DNA of 27,788 nucleotides, taken from NCBI GenBank assembly GCA_030066295.1, contig JASJBX010000016.1, positions 1 through 27,788 of the forward strand. The letters run 5' to 3'. This stretch comes from Crocosphaera sp. GTDB lineage: Bacteria; Cyanobacteriota; Cyanobacteriia; Cyanobacteriales; Microcystaceae. Under the pieces are notes generated by a model. The model did not search any database. It was not told where the DNA came from and saw only the letters and a program-made list of their open reading frames with translations. The position numbers and the translations under genes are program-made. Shown here piece after piece: positions 1-7,788 of this stretch (positions are counted from its first letter, which is position 1; every line of letters starts with the position of its first letter).

Positions 1-143
1 TTGGCGAGGATATCCACCACAGGGTTTAACCATTCTTGCCAAGGTTGCTCTCCTATATTGGAATTAGGTGCTTTAGCAAGGGTTCCAGGCACTTCAGCAC
101 TTAAATTTGCGGTTGTGGTTTGTTCTTGAACTTTAGATTCCAT
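1..143 (-). CDS. Hypothetical protein, N-terminal fragment; the gene continues beyond the window edge
   Basis: The reverse complement has an ATG at 141-143, followed by 47 open codons to the window edge (MESKVQEQTTTANLSAEVPGTLAKAPNSNIGEQPWQEWLNPVVDILA...). It is absent from the ORF track, presumably because of a length cutoff. No motif recognised. Confidence 0.35.
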   Translation of the reverse strand, partial: MESKVQEQTTTANLSAEVPGTLAKAPNSNIGEQPWQEWLNPVVDILA

Positions 144-337
144 ATTGACTTAATCCTTTTCAAACGCTAAGAATTGGATACTTGAAACGCAAAGAGACAA
201 TTTACAGACTATCTCATAGTCGCTCACATAATCAAATACCTTTTATATAGGTATCCTCTTTCAGTTTAAAGCTTCCTAAACACCCTTGCGTTAGTTTCAG
301 CCTTTAAAAGACAGTTAAGGCAATAATGTTACATTTC

Positions 338-1201
338 TTAATGAACTGCCATCAGTTGAGGTTCTTGTTGAGAGGGTAGCTTTAAGGAGTCGGCAGCAGA
401 ATTACAATAGATTTCACAAGAATTATTGGGACTTTCAATTAATTTAACTTTTTCCAGTTGGGCCCCTAATTCGCGGATAGGTTGTTGCAACTGTTGCGCA
501 ATATAAAGGGCAATATTTTCAGCAGTGGGGACAACTTCGGCAAAGTAAGGGATATCTATGTTCAAGAAATTATGATCGAAGGGTTCGACAATATATTCAT
601 TGACTATGTTTTGCAAGGCTACTAAATCAACTAGCATTCCTGTACGGGGGTCAATGTCTCCGCTAACGGACACCTCAAGGTGATAATTATGACCGTGGCC
701 GTGGGTGCGAGCGCATTTACCATAAATTTTGGTATTTTCTTCTAAACTGAGGTCTGGACGGGCAAGACGATGGGCTGCACTAAAATGGGTTTGAATGTTT
801 AATGTGGCTTTCATGGCATTTCCTTGATATTCGGCCCAGAGTTGGGGGTGTTCAAATAGTTGTATTTTGACGATGGGTAAATGGGGGGCTAACCGTTTCC
901 AGATAATTCTGGCCAGGTTTTCGGTGGTGGGTAAGGTAGTTTGAAACTCTTCCCAGACATCATTGAGATAAGCGTGGTCAAGTTGAGAAGTGACTTCTCT
1001 TTTAATGACCTGTTTGACAGTAGAAAGGTTCTCTACCATGCCATATTGGTCAATCTCACCCCACAAAGAGACAAAGAGGACATAATTATGACCATGACCC
1101 GGAAAACGGCTACAAGCCCCAAAAACTTGCTGATTTTTGTTGTCGTCCCATTCCGACAACCAGTAACGATGACTGGCACTAAATTGGGCGCGACGGTTAA
1201 G
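338..1201 (-). CDS. Tandem-domain 6-pyruvoyl-tetrahydropterin synthase (PTPS/QueD fold, two fused halves); the 5' boundary is set at the predicted intron 3' splice site
   Basis: ORF track 338..1240. Both halves carry FSA(S/A)HR, C-x5-HGHNY (CSRFPGHGHNY and CARTHGHGHNY) and (L/F)DHx(Y/F)LN motifs. The spacing matches animal-type PTPS. The first ~13 codons of the track ORF, including the ATG at 1238-1240, overlap intron domain VI. After splicing, an in-frame GTG (3464-3466) lies two codons upstream of 1201, preceded by an in-frame TAA. Confidence 0.8.
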   Translation of the reverse strand, partial: LNRRAQFSASHRYWLSEWDDNKNQQVFGACSRFPGHGHNYVLFVSLWGEIDQYGMVENLSTVKQVIKREVTSQLDHAYLNDVWEEFQTTLPTTENLARIIWKRLAPHLPIVKIQLFEHPQLWAEYQGNAMKATLNIQTHFSAAHRLARPDLSLEENTKIYGKCARTHGHGHNYHLEVSVSGDIDPRTGMLVDLVALQNIVNEYIVEPFDHNFLNIDIPYFAEVVPTAENIALYIAQQLQQPIRELGAQLEKVKLIESPNNSCEIYCNSAADSLKLPSQQEPQLMAVH

Positions 1202-1243
1202 GTTGAGTCGAGGAGAGCTATTAGGCTCTGCCCCTCTCATTTA

Positions 1244-1277
1244 GATCCGAACGTGCGTATTTCTACGCATTCGGCTC
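1244..1277 (-). ncRNA. Group II intron domain V (catalytic hairpin)
   Basis: The minus strand reads GAGCCGAATGCGTAGAAATACGCACGTTCGGATC. This is a 34-nt hairpin with the AGC catalytic triad, a 2-nt bulge position and a GAAA-type loop. It closely matches the domain V consensus GAGCCGUAUGCG..GAAA..CGCACGUACGGUUC. Confidence 0.85.
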
Positions 1278-1285
1278 CCGACAAA

Positions 1286-2800
1286 TTAGACTTTTTCAGT
1301 CTTGCCCATGTGGATATAATCATGACAGCTTTCGTGAACCGCTATTAGGTTCTTTAGCTTCCAGTTGTTGTGATTTCCATCAATATGATGGAGGTGTACT
1401 CGTTCCTCGGAGGTGAGTTTGAGTCCACAACATCCACATGAATGGTGTTGCTTTTTCAAGCATTTAGAGGTTGTTCCTTCGTAGAGCTTACTATTACGTT
1501 GGCTCCAATAAACTAAGTCACCGTCGTAGGGTGATTTTACTCCTTTGACAAGAACGTGACGATTTTCTTTATAGGGTATTGCTGGAAATGCCTTCTTGAC
1601 AAGTTCTGTTGCCGTGTGTCGGCTCAGTTTCTTTTCTTTATTAAAGACTTTGAAGGTTCTGTTGTTTAATCTCCATAAGGAGAAACGTGAACCGTCCATG
1701 TAGCAGTATCTGTGGTAGTTTCGCCATCCTCTAACTAAGGGGGCTAATTTATAAGCCTTGACTTTAGCACCATAATTCGAGCAGTTGACAATATCTTTGA
1801 CTTTCTTGCGAAATGCTTTGTAGTTGTCCTCTGATGGAACACACCTAAAGCTTCCGTTGGATTTTACTTTGAAGTGCCATCCGAGAAAATCAAATCCTTC
1901 TGTCGATTTGACTAGCTTAGTTTTACTTTCTTTGACCTTTAGCCCTCTTTCTGCCAAAAATTCTTTTATGTCCTTAAGTATCTTGCTTTCATCGTCTTCT
2001 GGTTTTAGGATGAGAACCATATCGTCTGCATAGCGGACTGATTTGTGGATGTTCTCTATGCCATCGAGAGCGATGTTGGCTAGTAGAGGACTTACCACTC
2101 CCCCTTGGGGGGTTCCTTGTTCTGGAAATTCAGGATTGACTCCTGATTTTAGGCATCTCCATAGTCCAAGTTTGATGGATTTTGGAGCGATAACCTTGTC
2201 CATGATCGAGGTGTGGTTTATCCTGTCGAAGCACTTTTCTATGTCCAGTTCGAGTATCCTTTTTCTATATCCTCTGCCTTGACGATTGAGGTTAGAAAAT
2301 AGAAATTTTTGGGCATCGTGTGCGGAGCGTCCAGGTCTGAACCCGTAACTCCTTTCGTGAAAGACTGCTTCATGTGCTGGTTCTAAGGCGTATTTTACAA
2401 GGCATTGCCATGCTCTGTCTGCCATAGTAGGAACCTTAAGTGTTCTAGTTGTTCCGTCCTTTTTTGGGATGGGTATTTCTCTAAGCTTGGAATGTTTCCA
2501 ATCGTGGGCTTCGAGTAACTTTTCTGCTAAGGCGAACCGTTGTTTGAAGTTTAGAAATTTAATTCCATCGACTCCTGCGGTTTTCTTTCCAGCGTTTAGT
2601 TGAGATATTTGTCGGACTGCGAGTAATCTAGCAGCTTTGGACTTTAGAATCAGTTTCTGTAGATTCCTTGCTCGTCGTGTGTCTTCTGCTTGAATGGCTT
2701 TAAACAATCTTCTTTGGAGACGAAAGAGATTCTTACGGAGTTTTTTCCAGGGAATGCTCTTCCAGAGTTCACTAAAATCTTTGATTTTGTGTCTAACCAT
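1286..2800 (-). CDS. Group II intron-encoded protein: reverse transcriptase / maturase (X domain) / HNH endonuclease
   Basis: RT blocks: IPIPKKDGTTRTL, SYGFRPGRSAHDA, LELDIEKCFDRINH, GTPQGGVVSPLLANIAL, YADD (RYADDMVLIL), FDFLGWHF. X domain: LVRGWRNYHRYC. C-terminal Cys pairs plus HNH: HLHHIDGNHNNW...AVHESCH. I prefer the ATG at 2798-2800 (MVRHKIKDFSELWKSIPWKK...). It has GAGGTGA just upstream and gives the usual IEP N-terminus. The track ORF extends in frame to 2980. Confidence 0.9.
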   Translation of the reverse strand: MVRHKIKDFSELWKSIPWKKLRKNLFRLQRRLFKAIQAEDTRRARNLQKLILKSKAARLLAVRQISQLNAGKKTAGVDGIKFLNFKQRFALAEKLLEAHDWKHSKLREIPIPKKDGTTRTLKVPTMADRAWQCLVKYALEPAHEAVFHERSYGFRPGRSAHDAQKFLFSNLNRQGRGYRKRILELDIEKCFDRINHTSIMDKVIAPKSIKLGLWRCLKSGVNPEFPEQGTPQGGVVSPLLANIALDGIENIHKSVRYADDMVLILKPEDDESKILKDIKEFLAERGLKVKESKTKLVKSTEGFDFLGWHFKVKSNGSFRCVPSEDNYKAFRKKVKDIVNCSNYGAKVKAYKLAPLVRGWRNYHRYCYMDGSRFSLWRLNNRTFKVFNKEKKLSRHTATELVKKAFPAIPYKENRHVLVKGVKSPYDGDLVYWSQRNSKLYEGTTSKCLKKQHHSCGCCGLKLTSEERVHLHHIDGNHNNWKLKNLIAVHESCHDYIHMGKTEKV

Positions 2801-3881
2801 GTTCACCTCGGTTAATCGTTTTCTATTTGCCTCGAAGCAATTACGCTTCGTCCTACCCGAATCTAGAGGTTTCCGCATCTCGTCTTGCCTACTCAGGGGT
2901 TCGACCTTTTCCTGAGACTCTAGATTCGTTTTTATTCGTTCCGTTTGTTCGATTGTTTTGTCCCTATTAGATGTAGCCACTTCGCCTATCAGAAACCCTT
3001 GGCTATGTCACTCTCGTATCAATAAGTTGACGGGTTACATTACTCCGATGGGGTCAGAATCCTTATTGGATGCTGCTTTCTGCCCAGCAATAAGACGCTT
3101 TTCTAGGCTCTGTTTCATCATGGGGACTCCTTATTAACGCCAGTGTCACCTAGCAGTTGGTGTCTGGTTGCGTCCTGATGCCAGCTTCAGCCTCCCGAAT
3201 TCCGAGTCGGGTCACTGTGGCCAGGTCAAGAGTCAATCGTAGCCTTCGACGGGAGGGCTTGCACCTCCATCAAACAAACAGTTATTCAGACTGTAGATTT
3301 TACTTTTGACTTTGTTATTCCTTTGAGGATTGCCTGTGAGGGCTTTGTTTTTCCTCTTGGGTCAATGGGTCATTATTCTACTTTTCTCCTTTTGGGGAGT
3401 GTCTGAACCTTGGCTATACCCCTCTAGTTTCTAGAGGCTCCTGCCAAGAACGAATCGCACTAACACATTGCATAGTTAATTATTGCTAATTGCCTTCTGT
3501 AACATTTCGTAACGTTACTTTCTTTCTAGCATATACGGTTTTGGGGCATTTGAAGAGGCCAGATAAGTTTAAGCGTCTCTATCCCGTCTTCGAGGAGGAT
3601 GATAATTCCCTACCTAATACAGCAAATTAAGCTGAAACAGTCCACTAGATTGTTTAACGAAGAATCTGATGAAATGCGATCGCTTCTTTACATAAGAGTT
3701 TAGTTTGATAACGATAAAATACAAGAACATTCTCTAATTCTTTCTATTTTCTACCCTATTTACATTTCTTTAACTTCTGCAAAAGATTAAGCGTTCTTTA
3801 AATTTTTAGGGTTTATGATTCTATTTTCAAGTATTGTCGTTATCATTACACACATATAACCTTACTCCATAGCAAACAGTC

Positions 3882-4304
3882 ATGAATCTATCAATAAGAA
3901 AGCCATATAATTTATTGGCTTATGTAACAACTGCTACTTTTTTCTTAAGTATGACTCTAAGTTCCTCCGCATCCACTAGCTCGTTGAAAAAGTATGACAA
4001 TATCAATATGAAACAATTCAACGAATGTATAAAACCGCCCAGTTCCAATGGTTCAGAACAAGGTTGGGCTGATTATCACGGCGAAAATCAAGGTAAAGTT
4101 GAGTTAAAAGTTAGGAATCAACCCATGATTTCTGATGGTACAGTTGCAGCTACCTTAAACTACAAATTTGAACCCTCAGAAAAATTATTAACCCTAGAAA
4201 TTAAGGAAAAAACCTCATTTATGTTCGGTATGATTCAAGCATCAGACGAACAAATTTGGGAAGGATTTGATGGGTTAGTTCAACAATGTCGTACCTACGG
4301 CTAG
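3882..4304 (+). CDS. Hypothetical small secreted protein
   Basis: 140-aa ORF with a signal-peptide-like N-terminus (hydrophobic LLAYVTTATFFLSMTLSSSAS). It has two Cys residues (positions 49 and 136). An intrinsic terminator follows. No family recognised. Confidence 0.55.
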   Translation: MNLSIRKPYNLLAYVTTATFFLSMTLSSSASTSSLKKYDNINMKQFNECIKPPSSNGSEQGWADYHGENQGKVELKVRNQPMISDGTVAATLNYKFEPSEKLLTLEIKEKTSFMFGMIQASDEQIWEGFDGLVQQCRTYG

Positions 4305-4351
4305 TTAGAGTTGTATGAATAATTATTAAGATTTTTTACGGTTAACATTAT

Positions 4352-4377
4352 CCCACGGACTCTAACCCGTGGGTTTT
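4352..4377 (+). terminator. Rho-independent terminator after the 3882..4304 gene
   Basis: Stem CCCACGG (4352-4358) pairs with CCGTGGG (4367-4373) around an 8-nt loop, followed by TTTT. Confidence 0.6.
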
Positions 4378-4465
4378 ACTAATTTTAAGAGGGGTCAAAA
4401 TCAGGATAGGATAGGATAAACAAAGAATATTAAATCAATTGAAATTGGATCAATAACTGAGATAA

Positions 4466-7258
4466 ATGCGCTGTTTAAACTGCCACCTTGATAACCTTCC
4501 CGAAACCACCCAACTTTGTCCCCATTGTGGGGCGCAAGTTATCGCTTTGTTACAGGAAGTGTTACCCCAAGGAACTCAACTGCGATCGCATACATATTGT
4601 CTTGATGATGCCATGGGAAAAGGCAGTTTTGGCATTACCTATCGCGCCCATCATACCCTCTTAAAGAATCCTGTCGCTATTAAAGAGTTTTATCCTGTCG
4701 AATATGTCTCCCGAAATATTGAAACCAAACTCTTAATTATTCCTGAAAAACATCGGGACGCATATCAAAGAAATCTCTATCGTTTTTTGGAAGAAGGAAA
4801 AATATTAGCTAAGTTAGATCATCCCAATGTTGTTAAAGTCAGAGACTTGTTTGAAGAACGAGATACAGCTTATATTGTCATGGACTTGGTAGAAGGAAAA
4901 ACCCTATTACAAGAACTAGAAAATCAACCCAATCAAAAACTATCGACCGACAGAATAGAAAACCTAATTGGACAATTAGTTAATGCCTTAACTGCCATTC
5001 ATGAAGCCGGAATATATCATCTGGATTTGAAACCAGAAAATATGCTCTTAACCCCTGAAAATCAATTGATTTTAATTGACTTTGGGGCAGCTACATTAGC
5101 CAGTGATGCTAAACGAAAGAAAACCCGTTCTTTTACCGAATGTTATGCAGCCCCCGAAATAATGTCAGGGGGAGAAATAGGACCCCAAAGCGATCTCTTT
5201 GAAGTCGGAATGATCCTCCATGAACTATTAACAGGAAAATTACCCCCTCCAGCCATGACCCGTGTTTTAGAAACGGATACTTGGCAGCCTCAAGGGTTAG
5301 ATTATCCTTGGGATATGTTAATTGTTGATGCGTTAAGAATTCAGAGGACTTATCGCAGTTCAACAGTAGATCAATGGTGGGAAATGCGAAAAGAAAAAAA
5401 AGAAAATGTTATTAAAATTGAACAAAAAAGTATAGAAAATTTACAAGGAAAATTTGCCTTACCCCTATTACAACAACAAGGAATGGCTCAGAAGTTAGGG
5501 CGTGGTTGTATTAGAAAAGTGATCCCAGTTACTCAAAATCAAGTCTTAGTTTTAGAAGCAGGAGGTGCATCATTATTCAATTTTAAAACTCAAGTTACCC
5601 ATTGGGAAATTGACTGCCCTAATTCCTGTGGAGCTATCAGTGAAAATAAAAATATATTAGCTCTCGTTTGGCAACAAAATATCTACTTATGGGATTTAAC
5701 TCAAGGAACTTTTTTAAGGCAATTACAAGGTCATTCAAAGAAAATTACCGATCTTGCTTTTAATAAAGATGGTTCTTTGTTACTCTCAGGAAGCCTCGAC
5801 GAAACCTTAATTATCTGGGAAATTAAAACAGGGAAAAAACGTCACGAATTATCCGATCCCATGGGACAAATAACCGCCGTTGCCTTTAGTGCAGATAATC
5901 AATTTATTGCCTCGGGTTGCCATACGGGAATAGTAAGAATTTGGGGGGCTATATCTGGACAGGAATGGCGATGCTTAGAAGGTCACAAAATGGCAGTGGA
6001 AAGCTTAATTTTTAGCTCCGATAGTAAAGTATTGGCTTCAGGAAGCCGAGATCAAACCATTCGTTTATGGGATGTTACTTCAGGGAAATTTCAACAAGTA
6101 TTAGAAGGTCATCAAGACTGGGTAACAGGGTTAAGTTTTGATAAAAATGCAGAACATTTAGCCTCTGCATCGGCCATTAATGATAAAACCATTCGTATTT
6201 GGTCCATTGCACAACGACAACCCATTCAACACCTACAAGGACACAATAACAGTATTAAAGCGATCGCCTTTTGTCCCGATGATCGTTATCTGATCTCAGC
6301 AGCATCCGATAATACCATCCGTCTCTGGGATGGAGAAACCGGAACAGCGATCGAACAACTACAACACCATACCAATTGGGTGTATAGTGTGGCCTGTAGT
6401 GCCGATGGTCGGTGGGTGGCGATCGCCTACAGTGATGGGACTGTCCATCTTTGGGATGTCATAAAACAACGGGAAGTCAGTTGTCTCGAAGGTCATGAAA
6501 GTGCAGTTTCTAGTCTGGCTTTTTGTCCGGATAGTCAACATTTGGTATCCGGCAGTTGGGATGGAACCCTCAGAGTTTGGGATATTCACACAGGAAAATG
6601 TAAACGCATTTTACAAGGTCATCAACACTGGGTCAGCAGTGTTGCAGTCAGTCCTAATGGTCAATGGGTTGCTTCGGGAAGTTGGGACAAAACCGTTTGT
6701 CTTTGGGAGATAAGTCACAGTTGGCCTAATTTTAAAGGAAGTAAACCCACTCGTATTTTACTGGGTCATTTAGAAGATATTGAAGGGGTTGCTTTTAGTC
6801 CGGATAATCAATTAATGGCTAGTTGTAGTAATGATAAAACCATTAAAATCTGGGAAGTTGTATCTGGTCAACAAGTCCAACAATTAGGAGGTCATCAATA
6901 TAGCGTTGAAGATGTGGTTTTTAGTCCCGATGGTCAATTTATTGTTTCCGTTAGTCGGGATAAAACGGTGAGAGTTTGGCACATTATTTCGGGTAAGGAA
7001 ATTCATCGTTTTCAAGGTCATACTAATTATGTTAATTGTGTGGCATTTTGTTTAAATGGTCGTTATTTGGCCTCAGGAGGAAAAGATAAAATGATTGCTA
7101 TTTGGGATCTCATTTCAGGGGAATTAACCCAATTAATTCAAGGTCATACTAATAGTATTAATAGTATTGCTTTTACTGGGGATGGTTCCTATTTAGTGTC
7201 TGGGGATAATGATGGTGTGGTGAGACTATGGACGTTACAGCTAGGAAGTGAGGGTTAG
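4466..7258 (+). CDS. Ser/Thr protein kinase with an N-terminal zinc ribbon and about 14 C-terminal WD40 repeats
   Basis: Zinc ribbon: CLNC...CPHC. Hanks kinase motifs: GKGSFGITY, VAIKEF, HLDLKPEN (non-RD, catalytic Asp present), DFG, AAPE. From about residue 375 there are repeated LxGH...(V/I)xxxAFSPDG..(L/I)ASGSxDxT(I/V)R(L/I)W(D/E) units, roughly 14 in number, enough for two propellers. Confidence 0.9.
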   Translation: MRCLNCHLDNLPETTQLCPHCGAQVIALLQEVLPQGTQLRSHTYCLDDAMGKGSFGITYRAHHTLLKNPVAIKEFYPVEYVSRNIETKLLIIPEKHRDAYQRNLYRFLEEGKILAKLDHPNVVKVRDLFEERDTAYIVMDLVEGKTLLQELENQPNQKLSTDRIENLIGQLVNALTAIHEAGIYHLDLKPENMLLTPENQLILIDFGAATLASDAKRKKTRSFTECYAAPEIMSGGEIGPQSDLFEVGMILHELLTGKLPPPAMTRVLETDTWQPQGLDYPWDMLIVDALRIQRTYRSSTVDQWWEMRKEKKENVIKIEQKSIENLQGKFALPLLQQQGMAQKLGRGCIRKVIPVTQNQVLVLEAGGASLFNFKTQVTHWEIDCPNSCGAISENKNILALVWQQNIYLWDLTQGTFLRQLQGHSKKITDLAFNKDGSLLLSGSLDETLIIWEIKTGKKRHELSDPMGQITAVAFSADNQFIASGCHTGIVRIWGAISGQEWRCLEGHKMAVESLIFSSDSKVLASGSRDQTIRLWDVTSGKFQQVLEGHQDWVTGLSFDKNAEHLASASAINDKTIRIWSIAQRQPIQHLQGHNNSIKAIAFCPDDRYLISAASDNTIRLWDGETGTAIEQLQHHTNWVYSVACSADGRWVAIAYSDGTVHLWDVIKQREVSCLEGHESAVSSLAFCPDSQHLVSGSWDGTLRVWDIHTGKCKRILQGHQHWVSSVAVSPNGQWVASGSWDKTVCLWEISHSWPNFKGSKPTRILLGHLEDIEGVAFSPDNQLMASCSNDKTIKIWEVVSGQQVQQLGGHQYSVEDVVFSPDGQFIVSVSRDKTVRVWHIISGKEIHRFQGHTNYVNCVAFCLNGRYLASGGKDKMIAIWDLISGELTQLIQGHTNSINSIAFTGDGSYLVSGDNDGVVRLWTLQLGSEG

Positions 7259-7260
7259 AA

Positions 7261-7295
7261 GGCAGGAGGCAGGAGAAAGGAGGCAGGAGGCAGGA
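7261..7295. repeat. Heptanucleotide tandem repeat (GGCAGGA)2-GAAAGGA-(GGCAGGA)2, STRR-like
   Basis: Direct reading of 7261-7295 shows five 7-nt units, four identical. The repeat starts 3 nt after the kinase stop and ends 2 nt before a perfect TATAAT (7298-7303). Confidence 0.8.
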
Positions 7296-7330
7296 GTTAT
7301 AATAAGTTTACTGGTAAATAGTCAAAAATA

Positions 7331-7756
7331 ATGGAAACTTTTACAACTGCGAAAATTCTAGAGTTTGTGGTAGGTGCAGTGATTACAATGGGGGTAGAAA
7401 ATCTCCCAACTGCCACTAAAAAACTGTATCAAACTATTCGTAACCGCTTGCAAAATAAACCCGTTGCAAGCACAGCAATCAGTGAAATTGAAGAAAATAA
7501 CTCAACTGACCAAATTCCCAATTTAGCCCCTTTCTTGGACGTGGAAATGTTGTCTGATGAGACGTTTAAACAAGAGGTGCAGCAATTAGCAAAAGAAGCC
7601 ATGAATCAAGACAAAGAAACCATTAATATTCATGTTGCTAAAGCTGAAAAAAGTACGGTTGTGGGGAAGCAAAAATCAGACAATCTCAACAATTATAATG
7701 CAGAAGAAATTAACAATATTGGCACACAGAATGTTATTAACGTAAAAAAGGACTAG
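7331..7756 (+). CDS. 141-aa ORF; probable N-terminal module of the downstream STAND protein (zero-frame product)
   Basis: ATG at 7331. N-terminal hydrophobic helix AKILEFVVGAVITMGV, an acidic and helical middle, and an N/Q/G/V/I-rich tail (...NNYNAEEINNIGTQNVINVKKD). It ends GTA AAA AAG GAC TAG, overlapping the open -1 frame of the NB-ARC ORF. Confidence 0.6.
   Translation: METFTTAKILEFVVGAVITMGVENLPTATKKLYQTIRNRLQNKPVASTAISEIEENNSTDQIPNLAPFLDVEMLSDETFKQEVQQLAKEAMNQDKETINIHVAKAEKSTVVGKQKSDNLNNYNAEEINNIGTQNVINVKKD
7744..7750 (+). other. Candidate -1 ribosomal frameshift (slippery) heptamer A_AAA_AAG, or the site of a 1-nt A-tract indel
   Basis: In the zero frame of ORF 7331..7756 the codons are GT[A AAA AAG] GAC TAG. 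The -1 frame from 7750 (GGA CTA GAG...) is the NB-ARC ORF frame, which is open from 7741. Confidence 0.45.
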
Positions 7757-7788
7757 AGGAAAATGATGTACAACGACTCATAGAATTT

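Larger units (their letters stand above)
1202..3460 (-). mobile_element. Group II intron, apparently full length with an intact intron-encoded protein; boundaries are accurate to a few nt
   Basis: On the minus strand the 5' end reads GTGCGATTCG (plus 3451-3460). About 660 nt of structured RNA lie upstream of the IEP ATG. Domain V is 8 nt after the IEP stop. A domain VI-like hairpin (GAGAGGGGCAGAGC-CTAATA-GCTCTCCTCGACTC) has a bulged A 7 nt before a terminal ...CTCAAC (AY end) at about 1202. Confidence 0.85.

Noticed and set aside
941-1348. 135-aa plus-strand ORF overlapping the PTPS gene and intron domains V/VI
   Set aside because: It lies antisense to a strongly motif-supported CDS and to the intron catalytic core. 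The composition is low-complexity and no motifs are present. It is a shadow ORF.
1824-2915. Plus-strand ORFs 1824..2033, 2043..2282 and 2694..2915, all inside the intron RT gene
   Set aside because: All three are antisense shadows of the intact RT/maturase ORF and have no recognisable features.
2801-2980. The 60-codon N-terminal extension of the intron ORF (MATSNRDKTIEQ...) given by the ORF track
   Set aside because: The canonical IEP N-terminus (..W..IPWKK..LFRLQRRLFKA) begins right after the ATG at 2800, which has a GAGGTGA ribosome-binding site. The upstream in-frame stretch most likely reflects open reading through intron domain I-IV RNA.
3100-3330. Attempted assignment of intron EBS1 to pair with the 5' exon end ...ATGTGTTA. 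Candidates were around 3178-3183 and 3313-3320.
   Set aside because: The candidates need several G:U pairs or sit at atypical distances from the 5' end. They cannot be settled by eye, so they are not reported as features.
5133-6713. Short ORFs 5133..5363(-), 6359..6589(-) and 6495..6713(+) inside the kinase-WD40 gene
   Set aside because: They are embedded in or antisense to a well-supported 930-aa CDS. They are shadow ORFs.
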